Assembly (NCBI GenBank): GCA_963701295.1
Contig: OY969585.1
Coordinates: forward strand, 1,280,001 to 1,344,000
Source: Ignavibacteriota bacterium
Lineage (GTDB): Bacteria > Bacteroidota > Ignavibacteria > UBA10030
DNA: 64,000 nucleotides
Direction of reading: 5' to 3'
Made by a program: the position numbers and the translations under genes. Positions within the stretch are counted from its first letter, which is position 1; the number at the start of each line of letters is the position of its first letter. Below the pieces are notes generated by a model. It saw nothing but the letters and a program-made list of their open reading frames with translations, did not search any database and was not told the DNA's origin. Positions 51,201 to 60,293 of this stretch are shown in pieces.

Positions 51201-51791
51201 AAAAATGTGAATGTTCTCGTACTAGATACAGAAGTATATTCCAATACCGGCGGTCAGATGTCGAAATCAACAAACCGTGCTGCGGTTGCAAAATTTGCTG
51301 CAGCCGGCAAACCGACTGCCAAGAAAGATCTTAGTTTAATGGCAATGATGTACAATAACGTGTATGTTGCCCGAGTGGCGATGGGTGCCAATGATGCACA
51401 AACAGTACGTGCCTTTATTGAAGCAGAAGCATATAATGGTCCGTCGATCATCATCGCGTATTCACACTGCATTGCGCATGGAATCGATATGGCACGCGGC
51501 ATGACAAATCAAAAAGTGGCGGTCGAGACTGGATATTTTCCGCTTTTCCGGTACAATCCGGAATTAATAAAAGAAGGAAAAAATCCGTTCAAGCTTGATT
51601 CGAAAGCACCAAAAGGAGCGCTCTCAGAATTCACGTCGTTGGAAACACGATTCAATGTGCTGACCAAGAGCAATCCAGGTCGTGCAAAAGAATTGCTGAA
51701 ATTAGCAGAAGGAGATATCAAAGTACGTTGGGCAATATACGAGCAGTTTGCACATGAAGGCAGTGATGTGCAAAAACCTGCTTCGAATTGA
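48201..51791 (+). CDS. nifJ: Pyruvate:ferredoxin (flavodoxin) oxidoreductase, homodimeric type
   Basis: YPITPS, MQSEGGAAG, GLGADGTVG, two 4Fe-4S motifs, GACSGCGE, GGDGWAYDIG; start taken at ATG 48201. Confidence 0.98.
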   Translation: MSDAKNGRIKVTIDGNEAAAYVAHKLNEVIAIYPITPSSNMGEWADEWSALGRKNLWGTIPQIVEMQSEGGAAGAVHGALQAGGLSCTFTASQGLLLMIPNMFKIAGELTSTVFHIAARTVATHALSIFGDHSDVMATRATGWAMLAANSVQETMDLALIAYSSTFESRVPFIHFFDGFRTSHEVMKIEQLSDSDLKAMINDELIQKLRERALTPEHPVLRGSAQNPDVFFQAREAANLYYDAVPGIVQKTMDKFKQVVGREYKLFDYVGAPDAERVIVMMGSGAETAHETVEYLTEKGENVGLLKIRLYRPFSIEHFVKALPATIKHIAVLDRTKESGSTGEPMYLDVVTALSETFAAGKAPFKEMPRVIGGRYGLSSKEFTPTMVKAVFDEIKKPQPKNHFTVGINDDVSHTSLTYDPNFSVERDDVVRAVFYGLGADGTVGANKNSIKIIGEDTDNYAQGYFVYDSKKSGSTTTSHLRFGPRPIHSIYLIDRASFVACHQWFFLEKFDVLQSAIPGSTFLLNSLYGKDEVWDHLPRHIQKQLIDKKMKLYVIDAYDVAKKTGMGSRVNTIMQTCFFAISGVLPKDEAIKAIKYSIEKTYGRKGEAVVQKNYEAVDQTLANLFEVKIPSSVTSKIEMPPVVSDKAPDFVKKVTAMIIAGNGEQLPVSAMPVDGTFPTGTAQWEKRNIALEIPVWETDICIQCNKCAMVCPHAAIRTKVYDPAKFVSVPATYKSMDYKGAEYKGMKYTVQIAPEDCTGCTLCVEVCPAKSKKEAKVKAINMKPQPIIREQEKANYEFFLALPEVDRRNVKADSVKGSQFFLPLFEYSGACSGCGETPYIKLASQLFGDRMLIANATGCTSIYGGNLPTTPWTKNSDQRGPAWSNSLFEDNAEFGLGMRLTVDKLNEMAKEYVTQLSTDIGIDLATALIDAVQRDEATIYEQRERVKILKDKLTAIKKPEARRLLSIADNLVKRSVWIMGGDGWAYDIGYGGLDHVLASGKNVNVLVLDTEVYSNTGGQMSKSTNRAAVAKFAAAGKPTAKKDLSLMAMMYNNVYVARVAMGANDAQTVRAFIEAEAYNGPSIIIAYSHCIAHGIDMARGMTNQKVAVETGYFPLFRYNPELIKEGKNPFKLDSKAPKGALSEFTSLETRFNVLTKSNPGRAKELLKLAEGDIKVRWAIYEQFAHEGSDVQKPASN

Positions 51792-51902
51792 TTCGGAGTA
51801 CTTAACACAATGAAATCGATGGTGCTCAAACCGCTCCGGAATCTTCTGGGCGGTATCTGAAGTTTATGGTGAATGAGTGTGGTCATCCCAAAACTGTGAG
51901 GA

Positions 51903-52910
51903 GTGGAAGATATGGAACTATCAACAACTTATCTTGGACTGAAATTAAAAAATCCCATCGTTGCATCAGCGAGTCCATTGTCGCGTTCCATGGATTCGAT
52001 GCGCCAGCTAGAAGATGCAGGCGCGTCGGCCATTGTGATGCATTCCCTCTTTGAAGAACAAATCACGCATGAGGCTGAATCGCTTGATCACTATAAGTCA
52101 TATGGAACGGAGAGTTACGCCGAAGCGCTGACATATTTTCCCGATACTGGCGATTATCATTTTGCACCGGAAGAATATTTAGAACTCGTTGCGAAAGCAG
52201 CCAACAAATTAGATATCCCTGTTATTGCAAGTATGAATGGTTTTACTCCTGGCGGCTGGACAAGCTATGCAAAAAAAATGGCTGAAGCGGGAGCCTCGGC
52301 GTTGGAGTTGAATGTCTACTATTTACCTACTGAAGGAACCATGGCTGGCGTGGACGTTGAGAATCGTTATTCGGATGTTTTGAACCAAGTGCGCGGTGCG
52401 GTGAAGATTCCGATTGCAGTGAAACTGAGTCCGTTTTTCAGTTCGATACCGAATATTGTGCAGCGTCTTGTGAGTGAAGGCGCTGATGGCTTGGTGCTTT
52501 TCAACAGGTTCTATCAGCCTGATATCGATCTGGAAGAATTGGATGTGAAGCCGGGCGTCGAACTAAGCAATTCCTATGCAAATCGTCTGCCCCTGCGCTG
52601 GATTGGGATTTTATTTGGGAAAACAAAAGCAAGCCTTGCAGCAACAAGCGGTGTTCATACAGCTGAAGATGTGCTGAAGTTGACGATGGTGGGTGCAGAT
52701 GTGACGATGATGTGCTCGGCATTACTCATGCACGGCCCGGAATATATCGGCAAAGTATTAAAAGATCTTGAACGCTGGATGCAAGAACATGAGTACGAAT
52801 CCATCGAGCAGATGAAAGGGAGTCTGAGCCATAAATCCATTGCCGAACCTTCTGCGTACGAGCGTGCAAATTATATGAAGGCGCTTAACCGTTACAAGCT
52901 TCTTGCGTAG
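51903..52910 (+). CDS. Dihydroorotate dehydrogenase-like flavoprotein (nifJ-associated type)
   Basis: LKNPIVASASPL, SLFEEQI, VKLSP, LFNRFYQPD; lacks the usual pyrD NxSCPN loop (has LNVYY); ATG 51912 is an alternative start. Confidence 0.85.
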   Translation: MEDMELSTTYLGLKLKNPIVASASPLSRSMDSMRQLEDAGASAIVMHSLFEEQITHEAESLDHYKSYGTESYAEALTYFPDTGDYHFAPEEYLELVAKAANKLDIPVIASMNGFTPGGWTSYAKKMAEAGASALELNVYYLPTEGTMAGVDVENRYSDVLNQVRGAVKIPIAVKLSPFFSSIPNIVQRLVSEGADGLVLFNRFYQPDIDLEELDVKPGVELSNSYANRLPLRWIGILFGKTKASLAATSGVHTAEDVLKLTMVGADVTMMCSALLMHGPEYIGKVLKDLERWMQEHEYESIEQMKGSLSHKSIAEPSAYERANYMKALNRYKLLA

Positions 52911-52955
52911 GAACCGAATCCTCTTTCTCTGTGTTAGCAGGATGAGAGGATTGGA

Positions 52956-53339
52956 ATGAAAAGATTTGCAGAGAACCAAATGAAAAAAAAGATCTTGGTG
53001 AAAGCGCTCAGCAAGAATCTGGAGAAAATGTCTAAATCTCCATGGGTGCGTTCACTTAAAGATGGTAAAGATTTTATCTGTCCCTATTGTGACCAGCCGG
53101 TAAAACCATGCAAATCGAATCCCGCTGCAATGTGCGAAAAAATGCTTCGTGCTGGATCGGAAGGAAAACAAATTGAGGAAGCGTTGAAAGACTACGACGA
53201 AAACAAGTATGGCGTATGTCTTTCTTGTGGCAAAGAAATTTCGACAGCGCATTTGAAGAAGCATCCAACGGCTGAATTGTGTACTCACTGTGTCCGCAAA
53301 GGACACAAAACAGGGAAGAAAAAAACGACAAACGCTTGA
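52956..53339 (+). CDS. DksA/TraR-type C4 zinc-finger protein with an extra Cys cluster
   Basis: YGVCLSC-x17-CTHC; additional CPYC-x6-C-x7-C. Confidence 0.75.
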   Translation: MKRFAENQMKKKILVKALSKNLEKMSKSPWVRSLKDGKDFICPYCDQPVKPCKSNPAAMCEKMLRAGSEGKQIEEALKDYDENKYGVCLSCGKEISTAHLKKHPTAELCTHCVRKGHKTGKKKTTNA

Positions 53340-53381
53340 TCGTTATCTTTGTATTTGTGGCCACGTAACGACAAATTTAAT

Positions 53382-54767
53382 ATGTCCCTTATTGACGATC
53401 ATCTCCTTTCTATTCTGAAACAATTCGACCAGCCAGGCCCGCGCTACACCAGTTATCCCACTGCGCCGGTGTTCTCTGCTGAATACACGGCACAGCGATT
53501 TGAAAATGATCTCATCGAAAACAACCGTAACAGCTCTGCTCCTGTGTCGCTATATTTGCATATTCCATTTTGCGATACATTATGTTATTTCTGCGGTTGC
53601 AACACAATCATTACTCGTAATCATGAAAAAATATCCGAATATCTCATTGCACTCAAAAAAGAAATTGACCGTACAGCATCATTCATTTCAAAGAAACGAA
53701 ACGTTGTTCAGATGGCGTGGGGGGGCGGGACACCATCGTATCTCTCGACGGAAGAAATCCGTGATCTTGCAAACTATATTCGAGGGAGATTCACATTCGC
53801 TTCCGATGTCGAGATCAGCGTTGAGATTGATCCCCGCGAATTGACGTTTAATCATTTAAAAGCTTTTGTGGATGGCGGAGCGAATCGGTTCAGTCTCGGT
53901 GTGCAAGATTTTGACGACGAAGTTCAGGTTGCAGTAAACCGCATCCAGCCGGAATTGCTCACGCATCAAGTATTTCAATGGTCGCGTGAACTTGGAATCA
54001 AGAGCATCAACATTGATTTGATCTATGGATTACCGCTGCAGACAGTGAAGTCGTTCAAAGCAACACTTGACAAAGTGATTGAGCTTTCGCCGGAACGCAT
54101 TGCCGTTTTCAACTTTGCATATGTACCATGGATGAAGCAGCATCAAAAGCTCATTCATCAGGATCAATTACCGGCAGCTGAAAACAAATTATACATCCTT
54201 CAGCTTACTATCAATACGTTGATAAGTGCTGGATATGTGTATGTAGGAATGGATCACTTTGCCAAGCCGGCTGATGAATTAGCGCGTGAGCAGAAGAACA
54301 AAAATCTTAATCGTAACTTTCAAGGTTATTCCATCAAAGCCGGCGCGGATTTATTCGGCTTCGGCATGTCTGCGATATCGCATTTCGGAGTGGTGTACGC
54401 ACAGAATGCAAAAGACCTACCCGCGTACTATGAAGCGATCAATAACGGACGATTTTCCACTATTCTTGGTTACAAAATGACGCGAGACGATGAACTTCGC
54501 AAATTTGTGATTATGCGATTGATGTGCGATCTGGAATTGGATAAACGAAACATTGAGCGGCGATTCGGAATATTATTTGATGAATATTTTGCGGATGCGC
54601 TCGTGAAACTTGAAGAATTTCTACCGCTGAATTTGCTTGCGCTGGAAACGGATCGCATTGTCATCCTAGAAGCGGGACGCTTTGTTCTCCGCAATATTGC
54701 GATGTGTTTCGATGCCTACCTACCCAAGATGGCGAAGGGAAAACCGATTTTCTCGCGCACTGTGTAG
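53382..54767 (+). CDS. hemN: Oxygen-independent coproporphyrinogen III oxidase
   Basis: GPRYTSYP, HIPFCDTLCYFCGC, GGGTP, GMDHF, RNFQGY; start ATG 53382. Confidence 0.96.
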   Translation: MSLIDDHLLSILKQFDQPGPRYTSYPTAPVFSAEYTAQRFENDLIENNRNSSAPVSLYLHIPFCDTLCYFCGCNTIITRNHEKISEYLIALKKEIDRTASFISKKRNVVQMAWGGGTPSYLSTEEIRDLANYIRGRFTFASDVEISVEIDPRELTFNHLKAFVDGGANRFSLGVQDFDDEVQVAVNRIQPELLTHQVFQWSRELGIKSINIDLIYGLPLQTVKSFKATLDKVIELSPERIAVFNFAYVPWMKQHQKLIHQDQLPAAENKLYILQLTINTLISAGYVYVGMDHFAKPADELAREQKNKNLNRNFQGYSIKAGADLFGFGMSAISHFGVVYAQNAKDLPAYYEAINNGRFSTILGYKMTRDDELRKFVIMRLMCDLELDKRNIERRFGILFDEYFADALVKLEEFLPLNLLALETDRIVILEAGRFVLRNIAMCFDAYLPKMAKGKPIFSRTV

Positions 54768-54829
54768 TTAAGAAAACCTTGACAAGGGTCTCTTAACTAT
54801 GACTTAGAAAAACCTTGTCAAGGTTTCTA
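54767..54829. repeat. Pair of short palindromes (CCTTG-W-CAAGG core), REP-like, between convergent genes
   Basis: GTTAAGAAAACCTTGACAAGGGTCTCTTAAC and TAGAAAAACCTTGTCAAGGTTTCTA. Confidence 0.65.
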
Positions 54830-54841
54830 CGATACCTCTCC

Positions 54842-56296
54842 TTACTTCACCGCATCGACCGCTTTCTTTACGGCGGTTTCGATCAATGCCATGTCCGGTT
54901 TCTTGACAAAATTTTTCTTCATCAACAAATTCAAAATATCGCGTGACTCCTTGATTTCACGAAGTGTTGTATCATACACCTGTTGATGGCTCAATTGAAT
55001 TCGTGCAACACCTTGCTTCACAGCCTGTGTGGCAACGTCAGCGGCTTCTTGTGCAAACACTTCGGTTTCTTCCATCGTCGGCATAATGTAATCAGGATTG
55101 AGTCCTTTCTTCATCGCGAAATTTGCCATGGAATAGGCGGCGGTAATTGCCATCTCGTCTGTAATCTTGCGTGCACGCACCATCAAAGCACCTTTGAGAA
55201 TGCCGGGGAAACCCATCGAATTATTAACTTGATTGGGAAAATCGCCGCGCCCAGTAGCAATGATATACGCACCGGCTTCTTTTGCAGCGTATGGGTAAAT
55301 TTCCGGTACCGGGTTTGCACATGCGAAGATGATCGACTTCTTTGCCATCTTCTGTATCCAAGACGCCTTAATGACGTCTGGCCCGGGTCTGCTCAATGCA
55401 ATCAGCACATCGGCTCCAGTCAGTGCAGTTTCAATGTCTTCAATGCTTGATGGATTGGTCTCTCGGCAAATTTCCCATTTGCGGTAGAATGCTTTATCTG
55501 CTTCGATATCTTTGCGTTTTTTATTGAGTGAACCTTTGGTATCGAACATAACCACTTTACCAGGATCGGCCCCGTCCTTGAGAATCAATCTGGCGATAGT
55601 GGTGTTTGATGCACCCGCACCGTAGAAGACAATCTTCACATTCTTCATTTCCTTTCCAGCAACCCGCAGAGCATTGATCAAACCGGCGAGAGTCACGCTG
55701 CCCGTCCCCTGAGCATCGTCATGCCACACAGGAATGTTGCACTCCTCGCGCAACGTATCAAGCACTTTGAAGCAATTGGGCTGGGAAATATCCTCGAGGT
55801 TCACAGCTCCGAAACTCGGTTCCAGCATTTTTACAAACTCGATAATCTTATCTGGGTCATGTTCTCCTTTTATGCTTTTCGAGTTGATACAGAGAGCAAC
55901 ACCGTCGACACCGCCGAGATATTTCATAAGGAACGCCTTTCCTTCCATCACACCTAAACCGCCGGAAGGCGTGCAGTCGCCGTCGCCGAGCACGCGCGTG
56001 GAATCCGAAACGACAGCAACAAGGTTCCCTCGGTTGGTGAGCTCAAACGAAGCGTCATTATTGTCGCGAATAGTGGTTGAGATTTTAGAAACGCCGGGGG
56101 TGTACCAAACATTAAACCAATTGAAACCATAAATACCTGCCTTAGGTACTGTAGCCATTTTGCCTCCGTAGAATTTATGGCACGAAAGCGAAAGTTCTTT
56201 CAAGAAAATAGTTTTCGCTTTTGCTTTCTGCTCTTCATTGAAATTTTCAGGGAAAAAATTGTTCAAATCTTTGAGAGTCAAATCGAAGTTCTGCAT
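54842..56296 (-). CDS. NAD(P)-dependent malic enzyme
   Basis: YTPGV, RVLGDG, VMEGKA, NLEDI, HDDAQGT, GAGAS, ANPVPEI, NQVNN. Confidence 0.95.
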   Translation of the reverse strand: MQNFDLTLKDLNNFFPENFNEEQKAKAKTIFLKELSLSCHKFYGGKMATVPKAGIYGFNWFNVWYTPGVSKISTTIRDNNDASFELTNRGNLVAVVSDSTRVLGDGDCTPSGGLGVMEGKAFLMKYLGGVDGVALCINSKSIKGEHDPDKIIEFVKMLEPSFGAVNLEDISQPNCFKVLDTLREECNIPVWHDDAQGTGSVTLAGLINALRVAGKEMKNVKIVFYGAGASNTTIARLILKDGADPGKVVMFDTKGSLNKKRKDIEADKAFYRKWEICRETNPSSIEDIETALTGADVLIALSRPGPDVIKASWIQKMAKKSIIFACANPVPEIYPYAAKEAGAYIIATGRGDFPNQVNNSMGFPGILKGALMVRARKITDEMAITAAYSMANFAMKKGLNPDYIMPTMEETEVFAQEAADVATQAVKQGVARIQLSHQQVYDTTLREIKESRDILNLLMKKNFVKKPDMALIETAVKKAVDAVK

Positions 56297-56924
56297 TGCA
56301 TTCTCCAGTATATGTAATGAGAAGACTTAATAATTTTGAAATCATTGTAATTTATTTTCCTTCTATATTCAAGCGATTCTGATATGTCTTTAGAGATTTG
56401 TATAAGCATTATGTTGTATTTTTCTACAGCTAGAGAAGTCAAAGAGGATGTACATGTCTTACGTTTGCCTATGTCGGATATCTGCATTCATGGAAATTGT
56501 CGATAGGGCTTGGCAGCCCAATGGTAATAGGACTGATGCTGTTAGGTATTCGACGGCTTGTGTATTTCATGATGCCGAGTTTTTAATATATTGTTAACAT
56601 AATAATTGTAACGGTTGGAGAAACGCGGTGTCATGCAGATTACTTTCTCACGGTGCTCAGTATGAAGTTCTTCGGAGCAGAGTGAGAAAGTAACTTCGTA
56701 GGAACGCAGTAATTTGTTGGAAAAATATTTTTCTGCTTTCAGGAATTCCATCAAAATATCTTCTCAAAAGTGCTAAGTAACCCCTTTTTTCTTCTGAAAT
56801 CTTGCAATTAAGTCTTTATGTCGTAAATTACTGATGTGGCACAATACTTGAGCATTGACAAGTATATTATTATGCGATTCCCTCCTTGGTCGTCGCACAA
56901 GATCTTTTTACGAGGAGAATATAT

Positions 56925-57173
56925 ATGATTCGAGGAGCGATTATCGTTGCCACGGATATTTGCAAAGCATGTGAACTGTGTATTACGGCATGTCCGCAGG
57001 ATTGTTTGGAGATGTCGCCCAATCTCAATGTTAAAAGTTATCACTATGTTCAGCTGAAGAATGATACATGCACTGGATGTGTGAATTGCGCTATCGTCTG
57101 TCCGGATAGTGCGATCACTGTGTATAGACAAGCAAAATCCTCATCGCCAAAAAGCTCAGCAATATCGTCTTGA
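56925..57173 (+). CDS. 2[4Fe-4S] ferredoxin, delta subunit of 2-oxoacid oxidoreductase
   Basis: CKACELC...CP and CTGCVNC...CP; GAGGAG RBS before ATG 56925. Confidence 0.92.
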   Translation: MIRGAIIVATDICKACELCITACPQDCLEMSPNLNVKSYHYVQLKNDTCTGCVNCAIVCPDSAITVYRQAKSSSPKSSAISS

Positions 57174-57206
57174 AACGAATTCTGAACCCAACGAATGTGA
57201 GTAGTT

Positions 57207-58313
57207 ATGGAAAACGAAAAAGAAACTTCTGAAACTCGATTAATGAAGGGCAATGAAGCTCTTGCTGAAGCAGCATTCAGAGCAGGGATGCAGGCGTATT
57301 TTGGGTATCCTATTACACCGCAATCGGAAGTATTGGAATATCTTGCGGCGCAGGCGCCGAATCATCCGGATGTCGTTATTCTCCAGGCAGAAAGTGAATT
57401 AGCGGCAATCAATATGGTTCATGGTGCAGCGGGTGCAGGTGCGCGTGCTATGATTTCATCTTCTAGTCCCGGTATAAGTCTGATGCAGGAATGCCTTTCG
57501 TATATGACATGCGCTCAACTTCCCGCATTAATAGTTAATGTACAGCGTGGCGGTCCAGGACTTGGTACGATCCAACCGTCGCAAGGAGATTACTTCCAGG
57601 CAGTAAAAGGCGGCGGTCACGGTGATTATCATCTCATTGTTCTTGCGCCTGCATCTGTGCAAGAAATGGTGGATTTTGTCTTTGATGCATTTCGTTTGAG
57701 CGAGAAGTACCGTAATCCGGCAATGATTCTTGCTGACGGTGCGATCGGTCAGATGATGGAAAAAGTAACTCTCCCAGCGGCGGGATCGCTGCCGAAGATG
57801 GACGCGCCATGGGCAACAACAGGGAAGAGTCACACCCGCGAGCGTGATATTATTACATCGCTCTATATTGAGGCTGAGCGGATGGAAAAACACAATTTAC
57901 TATTGCAAGCAAAATACAGTCAAATGCAGAAAGAAGTACGCTGGGAAGAAATTCAAACAGAAGATGCAGCCATCGTCCTCGTTGCGTTTGGACTTTCCTC
58001 CCGTATTTGTGAAAAGGCAGTGGATCTTGCCCGCGAAAAAGGATTGAATGTCGGACTCCTGCGGCCGATCACTCTTTATCCATTTCCGGCAAGCGCCATT
58101 GCGAAGTTAGCAAAAAGTGCAAAAGCATTCCTTACAGTCGAAATGAATGCCGGGCAGATGGTAGAAGATGTACGGCTTGCTGTTGATGGAAAACGGCCGG
58201 TAGATTTCTATGGCCGGATGGGTGGTATGATCCCATCGCCTGAAGAAGTGTTGGTGCGCGTGGAATCGATTGCTGAGAAACTTCAAGCGGTTCCGGCATT
58301 ATTAAAGGAATGA
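57207..58313 (+). CDS. vorB: 2-oxoacid:ferredoxin oxidoreductase alpha subunit (VorB-like)
   Basis: LMKGNEA, FGYPITPQSE, SSSPG, RGGPGLG, GGGHGDY. Confidence 0.88.
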   Translation: MENEKETSETRLMKGNEALAEAAFRAGMQAYFGYPITPQSEVLEYLAAQAPNHPDVVILQAESELAAINMVHGAAGAGARAMISSSSPGISLMQECLSYMTCAQLPALIVNVQRGGPGLGTIQPSQGDYFQAVKGGGHGDYHLIVLAPASVQEMVDFVFDAFRLSEKYRNPAMILADGAIGQMMEKVTLPAAGSLPKMDAPWATTGKSHTRERDIITSLYIEAERMEKHNLLLQAKYSQMQKEVRWEEIQTEDAAIVLVAFGLSSRICEKAVDLAREKGLNVGLLRPITLYPFPASAIAKLAKSAKAFLTVEMNAGQMVEDVRLAVDGKRPVDFYGRMGGMIPSPEEVLVRVESIAEKLQAVPALLKE

Positions 58314-58317
58314 AGAC

Positions 58318-59085
58318 ATGGAACCTGTAGCAAACATTGATGGCATGGAACTCGTTTACAAAAAACCGCATACGCTTACCGAAATACCAATGCACTATTG
58401 CCCCGGCTGCGGTCATGGTGTTGTGCACAAAATTCTCATGGAAGTTATCGATGAGATGGGAATTCAAGAAGAAACGATCGGTGTGGCACCGGTAGGATGT
58501 TCGGTGTTTGCATATGAATATATGAACATCGATATGCAAGAAGCTGCGCACGGACGCGCAAGCGCTGTGGCGACCGGTATCAAGCGTGTACTTCCCGATA
58601 AATATGTTTTCTCGTACCAAGGTGATGGTGATCTTGCGGCAATCGGTACGGGTGAAACTATACACACGGTAAATCGCGGCGAGAATATTCTGATGCTTTT
58701 TATCAACAACGGAATCTACGGCATGACAGGCGGGCAGATGGCTCCGACTTCGTTGATTGGCATGAAGACTACTACAACGCCATTCGGACGCGAAGCATCA
58801 AAGATGGGCAATCCGCTGAAGATTACGGAATTACTTGCGCAGCTTCCCGGCTCGTACTTCGTCACACGGCATGCGGTACACAATACAGCAGCTGTACGCA
58901 AACTCAAGAAAGCAATCGAAGCGTCGTTCAAGTATCAAAAATTAAATAAAGGAACATGTTTTATTGAGGTAGTTTCCAATTGTCCATCCGGATGGAAAAT
59001 GACACCGGTGGAATCCAACGAATGGTTAGAGAAGAACATGTTTCCGTTCTATCCCCTTGGTGATATCAAAGTACCGAAATCGTAG
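58318..59085 (+). CDS. 2-oxoacid:ferredoxin oxidoreductase beta (TPP-binding) subunit
   Basis: HYCPGCGHG, PVGCS, QGDGD, NNGIYGMTGGQ. Confidence 0.92.
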   Translation: MEPVANIDGMELVYKKPHTLTEIPMHYCPGCGHGVVHKILMEVIDEMGIQEETIGVAPVGCSVFAYEYMNIDMQEAAHGRASAVATGIKRVLPDKYVFSYQGDGDLAAIGTGETIHTVNRGENILMLFINNGIYGMTGGQMAPTSLIGMKTTTTPFGREASKMGNPLKITELLAQLPGSYFVTRHAVHNTAAVRKLKKAIEASFKYQKLNKGTCFIEVVSNCPSGWKMTPVESNEWLEKNMFPFYPLGDIKVPKS

Positions 59086-59130
59086 TAAGACAGAATGGAG
59101 TCGTGTCTAAGAAAATTGCAGGAGTGAAGA

Positions 59131-59700
59131 ATGAAGAGTGCGCACGAAATTATCATAGCAGGATTTGGCGGTCAAGGTGTTCTCTCGATGGGACAAATTA
59201 TTGCCTATGCTGCGATGAAAGAAGGCAAAGAAGTAAGCTGGATGCCGTCCTATGGGCCGGAGATGCGCGGCGGCACGGCAAACTGCATCGTCATCGTGTC
59301 AGATTCGCGCATCAGTTCACCCATCATCACAAAATTTGATACTGCGATTCTCCTGAATCAACCATCCTTAGAAAAATTTGAGTCTTCAGTGAAACCGGGT
59401 GGACTGTTGATCTATGAAAAATCCAGCATCATTCGTCCGCCGACAAGAACAGATATAGAAATTTTAGGTATTCATGGATTGGAAGAGGCACAAAAATTGA
59501 CAAGTAAGCAGGTAGCGAATATGGTGCTGCTTGGTGCATTCCTGGACCGGCGTCCGATCGTACAACCAGAACATGTTATCAATGTCCTATGTAACGTTCT
59601 GCCGGTGCATCGACAACATTTAATTCCGATGAACGAGAAAGCATTGATACGGGGAAAAGAATTAGCACGGGAAACAGCTTCAGAAATGGTGGAACGATGA
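59131..59700 (+). CDS. 2-oxoacid:ferredoxin oxidoreductase gamma subunit
   Basis: AGFGGQG, PSYGPEMRGGTA, NMVLLGA. Confidence 0.93.
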   Translation: MKSAHEIIIAGFGGQGVLSMGQIIAYAAMKEGKEVSWMPSYGPEMRGGTANCIVIVSDSRISSPIITKFDTAILLNQPSLEKFESSVKPGGLLIYEKSSIIRPPTRTDIEILGIHGLEEAQKLTSKQVANMVLLGAFLDRRPIVQPEHVINVLCNVLPVHRQHLIPMNEKALIRGKELARETASEMVER

Positions 59701-60020
59701 ATCAGATGGGTAAAGAACGGTCTGCAATTCAGACGTGGAAAGAGCAGACAATGGAACCAAGCGGAATAGACTGCAATCACGACTGCCGTATTACGTGCAA
59801 AATGTTGACAGAGGCAATGCGGAAAGAGGCGGAAATGATTCATTTCTATGAAAATTTGATGGTTGAATGCGACTATCCAGATGTGAATGCTTTTGTCCGG
59901 GAACTGCTTGAAGAAAAAAGCCGTATTGTCCTACACATTAATCAGAAATTGAACGAAATCCGCGCCCGAGGGCAAGTGAGTGAAGGGATTATTTCCAGCT
60001 TTAAGCCAGATGTAATATAG
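59697..60020 (+). CDS. Small half-ferritin-like protein with an N-terminal Cys motif
   Basis: ATG overlaps the gamma-subunit stop; A..KE....FY..L...P.V......L.EE two-helix pattern; CNHDCRITC. Confidence 0.6.
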   Translation: MNQMGKERSAIQTWKEQTMEPSGIDCNHDCRITCKMLTEAMRKEAEMIHFYENLMVECDYPDVNAFVRELLEEKSRIVLHINQKLNEIRARGQVSEGIISSFKPDVI

Positions 60021-60115
60021 CAGGATGCGGAAGAAATCCTGTGTTATCTAGGAAAAATAGTATCGGGACTTTCGTTCTAACACTGAACCGTCAGTTTCTG
60101 AAAAATTATGCGCGT

Positions 60116-60150
60116 TAGCGTCAGGAGGCAACTCCTGACGCTATTTTTTT
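60116..60150 (+). terminator. Intrinsic terminator of the oxidoreductase operon
   Basis: Perfect 12-bp stem TAGCGTCAGGAG/CTCCTGACGCTA, GCAA tetraloop, T7. Confidence 0.9.
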
Positions 60151-60293
60151 AACAGCTTGATAGAGGTTTTTGATGGACTTTCTCGATCAGAGTTCGTATC
60201 ATAGAATGGACGTAGTACTGAGACGAGAAAGAATTCTACGCCAAAGCAGCCCGATCGTACTCTTGCTCACGTCTAAGAAAGAGAAGGTGTGCG

